A stretch of DNA of 64,000 nt from an uncultured Bacilli bacterium (GCA_949425635.1 CASPWD010000005.1:100328-164327); one strand, 5' to 3'. Positions 10,166 through 21,453 are shown, numbered from the stretch's first letter. Translations and numbers: made by a program. The notes: a model not told the origin generated them from the sequence alone.

Positions 10166-10642
10166 TTATTTTATACTATTTTTATTGAAATACCATATTA
10201 ATATAGAATTTAGAATACTTTGTACTACTACGGCAATACCAAATAATAAGGCTCCAATAAGTTCATTATATACTAAGCAGATGACCATCATAAACATCAT
10301 TACATAGGTCATAATTATTAAGGTAATAACATCTGCTTTACCTTCGATGATTAGATTCGTATTATTTTCTTGGATTTTGTCATTTTTATATAGGAAAATA
10401 ACAGCGATGATAAATATAATGAAACCAAGTATAAACATTATTAAACCTATAGTTTTTAGATTGGAGATTAATTTAGGTGTAAAGTCTATATTAGAAAATA
10501 AGATTTTGGCCACATGTGTTTTACTTATTCCAGCACTAAATAACAATAGTAATCCTGTTAAGTATATTACTAGGCCGACAACAAACATAAACATGTTAAG
10601 GATTCCTAATTTTCTTCTCTTTCTGTCCATATTATCTTCCAA
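10166..10642 (-). CDS. Hypothetical four-TM membrane protein
   Basis: Four hydrophobic segments in 158 aa. Confidence 0.7.
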   Translation of the reverse strand: MEDNMDRKRRKLGILNMFMFVVGLVIYLTGLLLLFSAGISKTHVAKILFSNIDFTPKLISNLKTIGLIMFILGFIIFIIAVIFLYKNDKIQENNTNLIIEGKADVITLIIMTYVMMFMMVICLVYNELIGALLFGIAVVVQSILNSILIWYFNKNSIK

Positions 10643-10669
10643 TCTTTTCTGTTAAATTTTAATATAATT

Positions 10670-11521
10670 CTATTTGTTATCTATTTTAGTGTTGTTGCTT
10701 GTAATATTATCTTTATTATTTTCTGAATTTTGATTGTCTTTTGCTAAGTTGATATCTATGATATTATTTTCAACATGACTCTCTAATTTATTATCAGAAT
10801 TAGAGTTTTTTAAATTTTCTTTATCTTTTGATATTTCTGCAATGTCTTTAGAAGATGTGTCGTTTAAAGGTTGTTCTTCTTTAACTTCAACATACCAATC
10901 TTCTTTTATCTCTTCTTTTTTTGTTTCTTCATTGTTATTATTTAATGGCTTTTTAGTTTCTTCTTTATCTTGATTCTTATTATTTTTTTTGATAACTTTT
11001 ACTTCTGCTTCAACTTGCTCTTCAGGTAACTCTTGATATTCTTTAATCATTGTATCATCTGTTACTATTTCTAATTTTTGAGTCGTTCCTGATATGTCAA
11101 TGACTGCTGTTTGGAATAAATCTTCTTCATTCTTGTTTTGTCTAAACAACTCAAATAAGCTAAGGATACATAAAATTAAACCTATAATTGGACAGACAAA
11201 AATAAACTTTGTAGTTTTAAAAGTGGTTACAGAATTGATATTATTTTTATGATAATAGATTGTTATTTTGTCATCAAGTTCTATATTATCTTTATAATAA
11301 AAATTATAGTTATATGAAGTTTCATCTATATCGTATGATACAGTAATATCATTTTTACCTGTACCATTCTCATCTTTCTTTACATCAACAACTTTGGCTT
11401 CGACACTAATTAAGTCTCTTTCTCCATTTACAATATATATACAAATGACTAAGGATAGAAGAAGTAAGATTCCGATAACTAAAAATATGACGCTTTTTAG
11501 ATTAATTTCTTTCTCAGTCAT
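10670..11521 (-). CDS. Membrane protein, DUF3592-like (TM-beta domain-TM) with charged low-complexity tail
   Basis: TM, VEAKVV...ITVSYDID...ITIYY, TM, then N/K/E-rich tail. Confidence 0.6.
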   Translation of the reverse strand: MTEKEINLKSVIFLVIGILLLLSLVICIYIVNGERDLISVEAKVVDVKKDENGTGKNDITVSYDIDETSYNYNFYYKDNIELDDKITIYYHKNNINSVTTFKTTKFIFVCPIIGLILCILSLFELFRQNKNEEDLFQTAVIDISGTTQKLEIVTDDTMIKEYQELPEEQVEAEVKVIKKNNKNQDKEETKKPLNNNNEETKKEEIKEDWYVEVKEEQPLNDTSSKDIAEISKDKENLKNSNSDNKLESHVENNIIDINLAKDNQNSENNKDNITSNNTKIDNK

Positions 11522-11678
11522 ACTAACACTCCTCTTTATTATGGATTAATTATAACATATCTTAATAGTTAAAAAAAGCTTTATAAAAATTATAGGTATT
11601 ATATTGATTTTTGATTTACGTTAAGAAATTGTCAATAAAAAAGACTGGTATTTTTTACCAATCTTATTGTCTTAACGT

Positions 11679-13421
11679 TTATTTGTTGTCTTTTATAGAA
11701 AGGCCAAGTTCATTTAATTGAGCTTCATCGACATTACTTGGACATTCACACATTAAGTCAGTAGCACTTGCTGTTTTAGGGAATGCGATAACGTCACGAA
11801 TATTGTCTGTTCCAGTTAATAACATAGTTAGTCTGTCTAATCCTAGAGCAAAACCACCATGTGGAGGACAACCATATTTTAAAGCATCTACGAAGAAACC
11901 GAATTTTTCTCTAATATCTTCTTCTGTAAGTTCAAGAGCTTTAAACATAGTTTCTTGAACCTTTTCATCGTGGATACGAATAGATCCTCCTCCTGCTTCA
12001 TAACCATTAATTACGATGTCATAAGCTTTACTATAGCAATGAGCTTTATCTGTAAGTAGTTTATCTACATCCTCATCTTTAGGTGAAGTAAATGGATGGT
12101 GACAAGCCATGTAACGTCCTTCTTCTTCACTATATTCAAATGATGGGAAATCTACTACCCATAATAGTTTGTAATCCTCTTTCTTAATTAAGTCTAGGTC
12201 ACGAGCAAGTTTGCATCTTAAAGCTCCTAGAGATGTTTTAACTACATTGTATGCTCCACTTACGATAAGAACTAAGTCGTTGTTTTCAACATTAAGTGTT
12301 TCTTTTATAGAGTTTACTTCTTCTGCTGTCATTACTTTGAAGATTGAACCAGATACTTCTTCGTTGTATTTCAAGTAAGCAAGACCTGATGCTCTATATG
12401 TTTTAACATAATCAGTTAGTTTATCTAAGTCTTTACGAGAATATTTGTCTGCTACATTTTTAGCAACGATAGCATTAATTACGCCATTGTTTTCGATGAC
12501 CGTCTTAAATACTGTAAATTCTGTATTTTTGAAGCATTCAGTTATATCATGAATTTCCATGCCAAAACGTAAGTCTGGTTTATCTGAGCCATAGTTAGCG
12601 ATAGCATCATCATATTTCATTCTCATTAAAGGAAGTTTTATATCCATACCCTTTACTTCTTTGAAGATATTAGCTACTAGATTTTCTCCTAACCACATTA
12701 CTTGATCTTCGTCAACAAATGACATTTCAACGTCGATTTGTGTAAACTCAGGTTGTCTATCAGCACGTAAATCTTCATCTCTAAAACATTTAGCTATTTG
12801 GAAATATCTTTCAAATCCAGATACCATAAGCAATTGTTTAAATATTTGAGGTGACTGAGGTAATGCATAAAATTTACCTTTATTAATACGACTTGGTACT
12901 AGGTAGTCACGTGCTCCTTCTGGAGTTGATTTACATAGTATTGGTGTTTCTACTTCTAAGAAGTCTAAGTTGTTTAAGAATTTTCTAGTTGCGAAAGTTA
13001 TTTCATTTCTCACAACGAATTTATTTTTTAGGCTTTCTCTTCTTAAATCAAGATAACGATATTTTAATCTTGTATCTTCTAAGGCGTTAGTATCATCTGT
13101 TATCGCGAATGGTATTTCACGAGATTTGTTAATAAGCTCTAAGTTATCCACTTCTACTTCGATTTCACCAGTAGCCAGTTTTTCATTCTTACTTTCTCTT
13201 TCTACTATTTTACCTGTTACTTTAATAACATATTCATTTCTTAATTCGCAAGCTGTTTCATAAGATGGATTTTCTGGTCTTACAATTACTTGCATGATAC
13301 CTGCTCTATTTCTTAGGTCAATAAATATTAATCCACCTAGATTTCTTACTTTAGAAACCCATCCTGAAATAGTTACAGTTTCTCCTACATTTTTAATATT
13401 ATAATTTTTAAATTTTTCCAT
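11679..13421 (-). CDS. aspS: Aspartate--tRNA ligase
   Basis: OB fold [15 protein letters not shown]; [56 protein letters not shown]. Confidence 0.98.
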   Translation of the reverse strand: MEKFKNYNIKNVGETVTISGWVSKVRNLGGLIFIDLRNRAGIMQVIVRPENPSYETACELRNEYVIKVTGKIVERESKNEKLATGEIEVEVDNLELINKSREIPFAITDDTNALEDTRLKYRYLDLRRESLKNKFVVRNEITFATRKFLNNLDFLEVETPILCKSTPEGARDYLVPSRINKGKFYALPQSPQIFKQLLMVSGFERYFQIAKCFRDEDLRADRQPEFTQIDVEMSFVDEDQVMWLGENLVANIFKEVKGMDIKLPLMRMKYDDAIANYGSDKPDLRFGMEIHDITECFKNTEFTVFKTVIENNGVINAIVAKNVADKYSRKDLDKLTDYVKTYRASGLAYLKYNEEVSGSIFKVMTAEEVNSIKETLNVENNDLVLIVSGAYNVVKTSLGALRCKLARDLDLIKKEDYKLLWVVDFPSFEYSEEEGRYMACHHPFTSPKDEDVDKLLTDKAHCYSKAYDIVINGYEAGGGSIRIHDEKVQETMFKALELTEEDIREKFGFFVDALKYGCPPHGGFALGLDRLTMLLTGTDNIRDVIAFPKTASATDLMCECPSNVDEAQLNELGLSIKDNK

Positions 13422-13488
13422 AATATTTCTTCCTTTCTTTTTGTTTCTTTTCTTTTTTGAAGTACTTTATAGTAAGTCTTCAATTAAT

Positions 13489-13735
13489 TAAAAAACAGTT
13501 AATCATCCACAAGGGACGAATAACTGTTGAATCCGCGGTACCACCCAAATTATTGTAGGCTTATTTAGTTTAATATATCTAAATGTTCTACAATCACTTT
13601 TACGATAACGGGTATGGCCGGACTAAATATGAATTTTCTAGTCAACTCCTGAGTGTCTTCGTATGTATTAATATATTAGTTTACACCAACCACTAACTCT
13701 CTTTGATACTTTTACATAGTACTCTTCTCAATCAA
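13489..13735 (-). promoter_or_regulatory. T-box riboswitch with Asp (GAC) specifier and terminator
   Basis: Minus strand: AGAGA and GGTG-AA stem I motifs, GAA-GAC specifier (13655-13657), T-box GGGTGGTACCGCG (13534-13546), terminator AACAGTTA...TAACTGTTTTTT. Confidence 0.93.
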
Positions 13736-13805
13736 CATTTCTACCGATATTTTATATCTATTTGGTTTAGTTGTCAAATATTTTTGTTGAATTACATTTA
13801 TAGAT

Positions 13806-14672
13806 TTAACTAACTATTTTGTTGAGTACCATACTTATTATCATCTCATCTTCTATCTTATTTATAGCGAATACTTTGGTGCCTGCATTATTAAGCGATG
13901 TACCTAAATGATACATAATCTTTTTATCTAATATTATAAATCTATCATGAAATGAGTCGTTATACTTAATAGTTAAATTATTATATTCATAATTATACTT
14001 ATCAATATCTAAATTGCTTAGTCTACTTTTACTACTTATAATAAGATTGACCTCTAATTCAACTTTAGAAATCATATCTAAAACATATTTGTCTGCATAA
14101 GAATCAATTATAATTATATCATTTTTTGCATTTTTTAATATATCAATTATCTTCGAATAAGCATCATATATTTGACCATCGAAAAATATTTCATTCTTTA
14201 ATTCATTTTCTTTTGTTTCTAATTTTGTGAATATTTTGTTTATTTCATCCTCGTGCTTCATAACTAAATTATTAATATATTTTTGTTCTAATAAGTTGCC
14301 AGAAATATACTTTCTCATTGCAACAAAAGCATCCATTATTTTGATACTTACTTCAATTGCTGTTTTTGATCTTAGTACTGTTGCAAGCATTGCCACTCCT
14401 TGTTCCGTGAAAACTCTAGGACTATATCTGTTTCCACCTCTACCATTCACGTTTGAGGTCGCAAATTGCGACTTCAAAATTAAAATGTCACTTTCACATA
14501 AAATGAATGAATATCGTTCTGGAAATTTTTCTTTATTTCTATTCACTGCTTCATTTATTCTCTTAGTCTCAACTCTATATAATTTCGCAAGATCACTATC
14601 TAACATAACTTGTTTACCACGTATTTCATATATCATATTTTCGACATTTAATTCTTTAACTAATTCGTTCAT
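13806..14672 (-). CDS. ORF6N DNA-binding domain protein with C-terminal PLD-like domain
   Basis: IRGKQVMLDSDLAKLY.V, FTEQGVAMLATVL (ORF6N); FHDRFIILD...G.SLN (PLD-like). Confidence 0.88.
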   Translation of the reverse strand: MNELVKELNVENMIYEIRGKQVMLDSDLAKLYRVETKRINEAVNRNKEKFPERYSFILCESDILILKSQFATSNVNGRGGNRYSPRVFTEQGVAMLATVLRSKTAIEVSIKIMDAFVAMRKYISGNLLEQKYINNLVMKHEDEINKIFTKLETKENELKNEIFFDGQIYDAYSKIIDILKNAKNDIIIIDSYADKYVLDMISKVELEVNLIISSKSRLSNLDIDKYNYEYNNLTIKYNDSFHDRFIILDKKIMYHLGTSLNNAGTKVFAINKIEDEMIISMVLNKIVS

Positions 14673-14776
14673 AATTTAATCCCCCTACTTATATTATTAT
14701 AGGTGGACCTGCTATTTCCTTCTTTTTTTTAATAATTTCACAAAAAAACTAGATAATTTTACATATCTAGTAATTA

Positions 14777-16642
14777 TTATTTTTTACTCTTAACTGCTAC
14801 TGCTCCATATGGACTTAAATGGCCTGGCATAGATTTCTTTAAAGTATAAATACCACTATCTGTTTTCTCATACTCACTAGGTACTGGAAATACTCTATCT
14901 TCACTAGTTCTATTAACAGTTACTAAAACTTTATCTTCTTTACTAGTTCGCTCAAACATCAAGTAATCTTTTGTAATATCAAAGATGTTTAATTCTGCTT
15001 CTTTTAAGAATTCCTCACTACTTCTCATCTTACCAATACTTCTAAAGAACTCTAATAACTTCTTATCTCTATGTCCCCAAGGATATGGTTTTCTATTAGC
15101 TAAATTACCAATACCTTGTAAACCGACTTCATCGCCATAAAATATTGATAAAATGCCTGGCATAAATGCTAGTGCAAACACATAAGCTTCATATACATCT
15201 CTACCATGTTTATATTGTTCAGGAGTTAACTTAAAATTACGACACCAATCTAAATCACTGCAGTTTGGATTCCACGCCCACTCTCCATATTCTTGAAAAT
15301 CATAAGTTGAAAATATATTAATTGCTCTTGATATATCATGAGTCGATGTGAAATTCATCAAAGTATTAATAGTATCTTTTGGATACTCATTCTTTATATC
15401 TCTAATTATATAAGCTAACTTATCAACATCACCATATTTAAAATACCTAATTAAAGCATCCACTAAAGAATAATTCATTACTGAATCCATTCCTTTCCCT
15501 GATGATATATAGCCTCTTCCCATACGCATTGGGTTCTTCCATACTTCTCCTAATATAAATCCATCTGCTTTATTTCTCTTAACTGCTTTTCTAATCAACT
15601 CTATAAATTCATCAGTTAATTCATCTGCAACATCTAATCTTAAGCCGTCTATTCCTAAATCAAACCAATGATCTATGACACCGTTTTCACCTGTTATGAA
15701 GTTTTTCCATTCTGGTGAATTTCCATCACATACTGGTAAGTTAGTCATTCCCCACCAATAATCGTATTTAACTTGACCATTCTCATAATGTTTTCTATAA
15801 AATTTAGAATATTTTGAATCAGTACTTTGAAAAGCACCTACGTTATCAAATGTCCCATATTCGTTAAAGTACTTACTGTCGTTACCTGTATGATTAAATA
15901 CTGCATCAAGAACTATTTTCATGCCTTTTCTATGGGCAGCGTCACATAAACTTCTTAAATTCTCATTACATCCTGCATAAGGGTCAACATTCATATAATC
16001 TGCTGTGTCATACCTATGATTAGATTGACTCCATACTATTGGACTTAGATATAGAACAGTTACTCCTAAAGACTTAATATAATCAAGTGTCTCTTCGATA
16101 CCTTTTAGGTCTCCGCCATAAAAATCAGCATTCCAAATACCATTTGCATCAGGTCCTAATACCATCTCTTCGTTCCAAGATTTATGAATGGTACGACGTG
16201 GCATCTCAGCCATTTCCTCTCTACTACCACGGCGATATCTATCGACAAAAATATGATACATAACTGCACCCTTCGCCCAATCTGGGGCTTCAAAATTAAC
16301 ACTCATTTTTAATTTATCTTCAGGTTGCATATCTCTTTCATCAAAAGTTGTACCATTTTTTATATACTTAAAGAATCCATTAACACGACACATAAAATAA
16401 TAATTAAATACTGCCGTTGTTTCTAAATCAATAGTAGACTCAAATATCGCCATGTTTCCTTCACTTCTACTATACTTTAACGGAAAATAAAAATCTTGAC
16501 CGTTATTTTCTACTACCATACTAACATCATCATACCAACCATAATTCATAGGTAACTCTAAACTTACTTGATATCTTTTACCATTGTCTAAATTTTCAAT
16601 TGGTACTATATTACTTCTTGTTTCATAATTATTGTCACTCAT
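14777..16642 (-). CDS. GH13 glycoside hydrolase (neopullulanase/cyclomaltodextrinase/amylopullulanase-like)
   Basis: GGDLKGI, SNHRYD, DAVFNH, GLRLDVADEL, GEVW, THD catalytic regions. Confidence 0.92.
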   Translation of the reverse strand: MSDNNYETRSNIVPIENLDNGKRYQVSLELPMNYGWYDDVSMVVENNGQDFYFPLKYSRSEGNMAIFESTIDLETTAVFNYYFMCRVNGFFKYIKNGTTFDERDMQPEDKLKMSVNFEAPDWAKGAVMYHIFVDRYRRGSREEMAEMPRRTIHKSWNEEMVLGPDANGIWNADFYGGDLKGIEETLDYIKSLGVTVLYLSPIVWSQSNHRYDTADYMNVDPYAGCNENLRSLCDAAHRKGMKIVLDAVFNHTGNDSKYFNEYGTFDNVGAFQSTDSKYSKFYRKHYENGQVKYDYWWGMTNLPVCDGNSPEWKNFITGENGVIDHWFDLGIDGLRLDVADELTDEFIELIRKAVKRNKADGFILGEVWKNPMRMGRGYISSGKGMDSVMNYSLVDALIRYFKYGDVDKLAYIIRDIKNEYPKDTINTLMNFTSTHDISRAINIFSTYDFQEYGEWAWNPNCSDLDWCRNFKLTPEQYKHGRDVYEAYVFALAFMPGILSIFYGDEVGLQGIGNLANRKPYPWGHRDKKLLEFFRSIGKMRSSEEFLKEAELNIFDITKDYLMFERTSKEDKVLVTVNRTSEDRVFPVPSEYEKTDSGIYTLKKSMPGHLSPYGAVAVKSKK

Positions 16643-16748
16643 ATAAACTACTTCCTTTATATTACTAACCCTAATTTATTCTCTCTTAAATTATAACACA
16701 ATTTTAAAACTCTTTAATATAGATATATTTTATGGAAGTATAAAAAAA

Positions 16749-17453
16749 TTAAGCTTCTTCGCTTAATTTCTCTAAAATACCTTTCATTGCTCCTGCAACA
16801 ACATCACAACTACTAATTAAAAATTCTTCATAAGTAACCTTATTATTGTTATTAGGAACATCTGAAATACTTCTAATAATTAAAAATGGAACATGACTTA
16901 AGAAACATACTTGAGCAATGCTTGCTCCTTCCATCTCTACACATAAAGCATTAAATTTATTACTTATCTTTTCACCCATCTTAGATTCTGTGCAGAAAAT
17001 ATCCCCTGATGCAATAATACCTCTATGATAATTAACTTCACTCATACCACCTAATACTTCATTAGCAATATTTAATAAATAAAGATCAGTATCTACATAT
17101 ACTCCAACGCTAGGTATATATCCTTTTTCATGATTAAATGCTGTTATATCAAAATCATGTTGTACTAACTTTTCTCCAAGTACTATATCCCCTACAGATA
17201 ACTTAGTACTTACACCACCTGCTACACCTATATTAAATACATAATCTACTTTCATGTTATCTATTAATATCTGTGTTGTACGAGCAGCATTTACTTTACC
17301 TACACCACATTCTACTAATACTACTTCTATATTATTTATAGTACTTTCATAGAATTTTAATTCAAATATATCGTATTCTTTTGTTATAGTAAGATACTTC
17401 TTTAAAGCATTAAGTTCTTCTTCCATAGCAAATACTATTCCCACTTTTTTCAT
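16749..17453 (-). CDS. mtnN: 5'-methylthioadenosine/S-adenosylhomocysteine nucleosidase
   Basis: GIVFAMEEE, GVGKVNAA, GVAGG, VEMEGAS, IRSISD; start at MKKVG after SD AGGTGA. Confidence 0.95.
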   Translation of the reverse strand: MKKVGIVFAMEEELNALKKYLTITKEYDIFELKFYESTINNIEVVLVECGVGKVNAARTTQILIDNMKVDYVFNIGVAGGVSTKLSVGDIVLGEKLVQHDFDITAFNHEKGYIPSVGVYVDTDLYLLNIANEVLGGMSEVNYHRGIIASGDIFCTESKMGEKISNKFNALCVEMEGASIAQVCFLSHVPFLIIRSISDVPNNNNKVTYEEFLISSCDVVAGAMKGILEKLSEEA

Positions 17454-17514
17454 AGTTATCACCTGTTTATGTATTATAGCAAAGAGTTTATTATAAAACA
17501 ATTTTATCTATATT

Positions 17515-17614
17515 TTTATTTAGTTCTTTAGAGCTTTACATCTCTAAAGAAAAAGTGGAGCTTGTAATCTCCACTTTAGTACTTCTGAAACTGTAGTTTC
17601 AGAAGTTAATTTTT
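17515..17614. repeat. 100-bp triple-hairpin dispersed repeat, copy 1
   Basis: Hairpins 17524-17551, 17552-17577, 17581-17606; ungapped match to 21332-21431. Confidence 0.9.
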
Positions 17615-17649
17615 GGCTTTATGAATAAATCAAAAAATTTATATTACCT

Positions 17650-18672
17650 TTAATCAATCACCTTATTATTCTCTTGATAAACTTTTGACTTATAATCAAT
17701 AATACCATCTTTAGCTAATCTATAAACATAAAAACACTTAATTACATTTAACTCATCAATAGCATCATAACAATATTTTAATTTACTATATTCTTTATCA
17801 TCTATCATCCAGTTATATGCAGTGTTATCTGCTTTAATTTCATAGTCTTCTATTTCTTCATCTTCAGTAGAAACAATACTACCACTCTTAGCTCTATTAA
17901 AATCACTTTTACAATGAGCTAATTCATGTAATAGAGCAAAATAAATATCTGCATATCTTTTATGTTTCTTAGTAATATAAATAGCTGGTTTATCATTTAA
18001 TACCTTAAATGCTCCTCTTATCTTAGCTCCTTTTAAATCATTTTCAATAGCTAAGAAAATACCATTATCATTAAATTTACTAATTAACTCTTTCTCATTA
18101 AAAATATTATTTCTTGCACAATCTCTTATATAATCAACTAATACATTAATATTTTCTTTTTTATAATCATTCACTTGTTGATTAGATACTACTCTATAAC
18201 ATCTTTCTAGCCATAAAGATAATAACTCTGGTTTATCATTTTTACTTTTATAAAAAATAGAATTATCTTCTTTATATAAAGAATCGGGATTAGTTATTCT
18301 TAAATATCTTAATATATCTTTAGCTATGTAATATTCATCTCTTTCATCTGTAAATTGAAACTCATACTCCTTACTAAACTCTTTATAATTAAATTTATTA
18401 ATATATTTTTTTATAGTTAATTTATTTTTATTAAGAAATTCATTAATTACTTTATCCATTTTAAAGTTACGCTCTACATTTTCAATATAAGATACAGGAA
18501 TATCTGTTACAAATGATATGTTATATATCATATTTTGAGACAACTCTATATCTCCTTTTATTATATCTATAAGATTCTTTGGAGTAGTATTAATTCTCTC
18601 TGCAAATTCTTTATTACTTATATTTCTAAACTTAAGAAATTCTTCTAATTGCTTACCAAACTTATTCATCAT
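17650..18672 (-). CDS. HigA-type HTH antitoxin fused to ImmA/IrrE metallopeptidase
   Basis: N-terminal XRE HTH (ISNKEFAERINTTPKNL); FALLHELAH zinc motif with downstream E..AD. Confidence 0.87.
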   Translation of the reverse strand: MMNKFGKQLEEFLKFRNISNKEFAERINTTPKNLIDIIKGDIELSQNMIYNISFVTDIPVSYIENVERNFKMDKVINEFLNKNKLTIKKYINKFNYKEFSKEYEFQFTDERDEYYIAKDILRYLRITNPDSLYKEDNSIFYKSKNDKPELLSLWLERCYRVVSNQQVNDYKKENINVLVDYIRDCARNNIFNEKELISKFNDNGIFLAIENDLKGAKIRGAFKVLNDKPAIYITKKHKRYADIYFALLHELAHCKSDFNRAKSGSIVSTEDEEIEDYEIKADNTAYNWMIDDKEYSKLKYCYDAIDELNVIKCFYVYRLAKDGIIDYKSKVYQENNKVID

Positions 18673-19003
18673 AGTATATCACTCCTTTATGGTCAAAGTC
18701 TTTATAATGCTCATTACTTATATCTGCTAAATCCATAACTAAACAATTATCTTGTGGTTTTACTATTAATCTTATTACACCACCATGTTTAGATAAATTA
18801 AAAGAATAATAGCCACTATTATTATATTTTAGAGGTTCAAAATCATACATATAAGATAAAGGGTTGTTTTTAAGTTCATTAAAATCACATGAATTCTTTA
18901 TTAATTCAATTATATCTTCTAAATTAGTTAATTGTTCTGTTCTATGCTTCTTCTTTAGTTCCTTAAGTCCTTTATCATAGTTCTTGCTGTATCTAATATT
19001 CAT
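18662..19003 (-). CDS. HigB/RelE family toxin
   Basis: 113 aa upstream of and overlapping the antitoxin; FEPLK...GYYSFNL....RLIVKP pattern. Confidence 0.75.
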   Translation of the reverse strand: MNIRYSKNYDKGLKELKKKHRTEQLTNLEDIIELIKNSCDFNELKNNPLSYMYDFEPLKYNNSGYYSFNLSKHGGVIRLIVKPQDNCLVMDLADISNEHYKDFDHKGVIYYDE

Positions 19004-19141
19004 TAATTAACCTCCTGAAAATATTCCTTTCCTTCATGCATATATTAACACAAAAGTTAATATATGTAAAGAAAACTAAAATATAAAAAACTAGTACACC
19101 TATATACTAGTCTATAACTTCACTTTCAATATATAAGTTTT

Positions 19142-21256
19142 TTAATTGCTAAAATCAAAGACAACCTTCTTTTCATCATCTAACTTCAATTTCGCATTAA
19201 AATTCTTACCATTTTTAGATACGAAACCTTCGATATTCGATGTTACACCTTCACTTAATAATTTCTCTACATTACTTTTAGAAATAATACGTCCACAAAT
19301 TTGAAGACTTACCTTAAACTTACAATTTTGATAATCGCGACATCCATATGCAAATCTATTTTTTATTACTTCACCACCACATAATGGACATTTACCAACT
19401 ACATCGCCATAAAAACCAATATCTGTGTCTTTTTCAATCGTAACATCTTTCTTAATAAATACTTCTTGAATTTCTTTTTTAGCTAAGCCAACTGAATCAT
19501 CAACTGTCATTTCGTTTCTAAATACCTTCTTCAATGCCTTACCCATCTCACTTGTCTTATATTTATCCATCGAAATATTCAATTGCATTAATGAATTAAT
19601 TAAGAATTCCCCTTTAGGTAAAATAGTATAAACATCTTTTTTTAAAGAAATATATTCTGATTTCTTCGCATTATCAATAATACCTGTTCTAGTTGCTTCT
19701 GTTCCTAATTCTAATCCTTCAAATATCGCCTTATAATCTTCTGTATCGTCAACTTCCTCACCATTCGCGATTTTCTCATCAATTTCTTTCTTATCCTCTT
19801 TAAAAGGATTCATTAAATAATTATTTAAAGTCTCTATTGTGTAATGCTTTGGTGGTGTCGTCTCTTTTTCTTTTAACTTAAATAAAGTATTAACTTTATC
19901 TCCTATATTTAAATTTGGTAATATCTTATCTTTAGAACTAGGAGAATCAAATTTCGTCCATCCTGGTTCCTTTATAATCATTCCCTTTAAAATAAAATCT
20001 TCATAATCGCCGACACTAATTTTAATTTCGGTCTTTTCTACTTTACAATCATCACTACAAAATACTGCAACAAATCTTTTAAATATAGTTTGATAAACTA
20101 GGAATTCTTCTTCAGTTAATTTATTCTTATCTGGTATTTTATAAGTTGGTGTTATTGCAGAATGGGACTCTATTTTACTATCATCGAATATTGTCTTCTT
20201 ATCTTTAAACTTAACTGGGTAGCCTAACTTAGAAATATTTTCTAATATCTTCTTTACTTTATCTTTCTCTGCAACTGCTAAATACTCTGAATTTGTTCTC
20301 GGATATGTTAAGAAGCCATTTTCATATAACTTCTGAACAATCTCTAAAGACTTATTCATAGGTATCTTATATTTCTTACCTAATAGATTTTGTAACTTAG
20401 TTAATGAAAATAACTTAGGTGGATTCATTACATCCTTTTTAACTTTTTTGTCCACAACAATAGCATCTACACTATTATACTTAGCACACATCTCTAAGGC
20501 TTTTTTCTGATTATCTTTATCAAACTTTTCTTTACTATTTAATTCAACTACTTCACCATTAGTTTCTTCATTACTCCACATACCATAATACATTTCTGGT
20601 TTGAAGTTACGAATGGCCATATCACGGTCATATATTGCTTTTACAATCGGAATAATAACTCTTCCTACTCTAAGTAAAGTTCCTGTCTTAAGGGTAGCAT
20701 ATCTTGTTAAGTTTACACCATATAACCAATCTGTATAAGTTCTAGCAAATCCTTCATTAGCTAAATTATCGTATTCACTGTCTAATTTCATTTCTTGTAA
20801 GCCTTGATAGATAGTCTCCTGTGTTTGATCTGGTAACCATAAGCGATATATTTCTTTTTCACTTTTTAAGGCATTATTTATACATAAACGTACAATAATT
20901 TCTCCTTCTCTATCCGAGTCGCCAGCATTTACTATTTTTACTACATCTTCTCTATTACATAATGAACTTATTATATTAAATTGTTTTTGTACTCCACTAT
21001 CTATTTGCTTATTACTATCTTTCTTTAAATTAAATTTAAACTTTGAAGGAAAGCAAGGTAGATTATCCATCTTCCATTTTGTATCTGTTACATTATCTTC
21101 ATAGTCTTCTATATCTGCTAATGTAAATAGATGTCCGAAAGCCCATGATACTAAATATTCTTGATTAGAATAGTATCCATCATTTCTTTTCATATTACCA
21201 ATAGCACTTACTATATTTCTAGCTAAAGATGGTTTTTCTGCTATTATTAATATCAT
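19142..21256 (-). CDS. topB: DNA topoisomerase III (type IA)
   Basis: IIAEKPS, GHL, DSDREGE, VGRV, catalytic LTYPRT, LGTEATR, C-terminal zinc ribbon and Toprim C-terminal repeat. Confidence 0.93.
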   Translation of the reverse strand: MILIIAEKPSLARNIVSAIGNMKRNDGYYSNQEYLVSWAFGHLFTLADIEDYEDNVTDTKWKMDNLPCFPSKFKFNLKKDSNKQIDSGVQKQFNIISSLCNREDVVKIVNAGDSDREGEIIVRLCINNALKSEKEIYRLWLPDQTQETIYQGLQEMKLDSEYDNLANEGFARTYTDWLYGVNLTRYATLKTGTLLRVGRVIIPIVKAIYDRDMAIRNFKPEMYYGMWSNEETNGEVVELNSKEKFDKDNQKKALEMCAKYNSVDAIVVDKKVKKDVMNPPKLFSLTKLQNLLGKKYKIPMNKSLEIVQKLYENGFLTYPRTNSEYLAVAEKDKVKKILENISKLGYPVKFKDKKTIFDDSKIESHSAITPTYKIPDKNKLTEEEFLVYQTIFKRFVAVFCSDDCKVEKTEIKISVGDYEDFILKGMIIKEPGWTKFDSPSSKDKILPNLNIGDKVNTLFKLKEKETTPPKHYTIETLNNYLMNPFKEDKKEIDEKIANGEEVDDTEDYKAIFEGLELGTEATRTGIIDNAKKSEYISLKKDVYTILPKGEFLINSLMQLNISMDKYKTSEMGKALKKVFRNEMTVDDSVGLAKKEIQEVFIKKDVTIEKDTDIGFYGDVVGKCPLCGGEVIKNRFAYGCRDYQNCKFKVSLQICGRIISKSNVEKLLSEGVTSNIEGFVSKNGKNFNAKLKLDDEKKVVFDFSN

Positions 21257-21331
21257 AGTATCTAGACCTTCTTTCTATTTATTAATTTTTTCCAAGTATT
21301 TCTATTATAACATAAATATTTTTATTATTTC

Positions 21332-21431
21332 TTTATTTAGTTCTTTGGAGCCTTAGGTCTCCAAAGAAAAAATGGAGAGTGTGATCTCCATTTTAGAACT
21401 TCTGAACCTATAGTTTCAGAAGTTAATTTTT
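21332..21431. repeat. 100-bp triple-hairpin dispersed repeat, copy 2
   Basis: Same orientation as copy 1; 13 substitutions, including compensatory pairs in stems 1 and 2. Confidence 0.9.
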
Positions 21432-21453
21432 TTTAAAACATTAAATTATTCCA

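Noticed and set aside
17515-21431. Hairpin repeats as a CRISPR array or integron
   Set aside because: Only two copies 3.8 kb apart, no spacers or cas genes, no integron integrase in the window and no clear RYYYAAC/GTTRRRY ends
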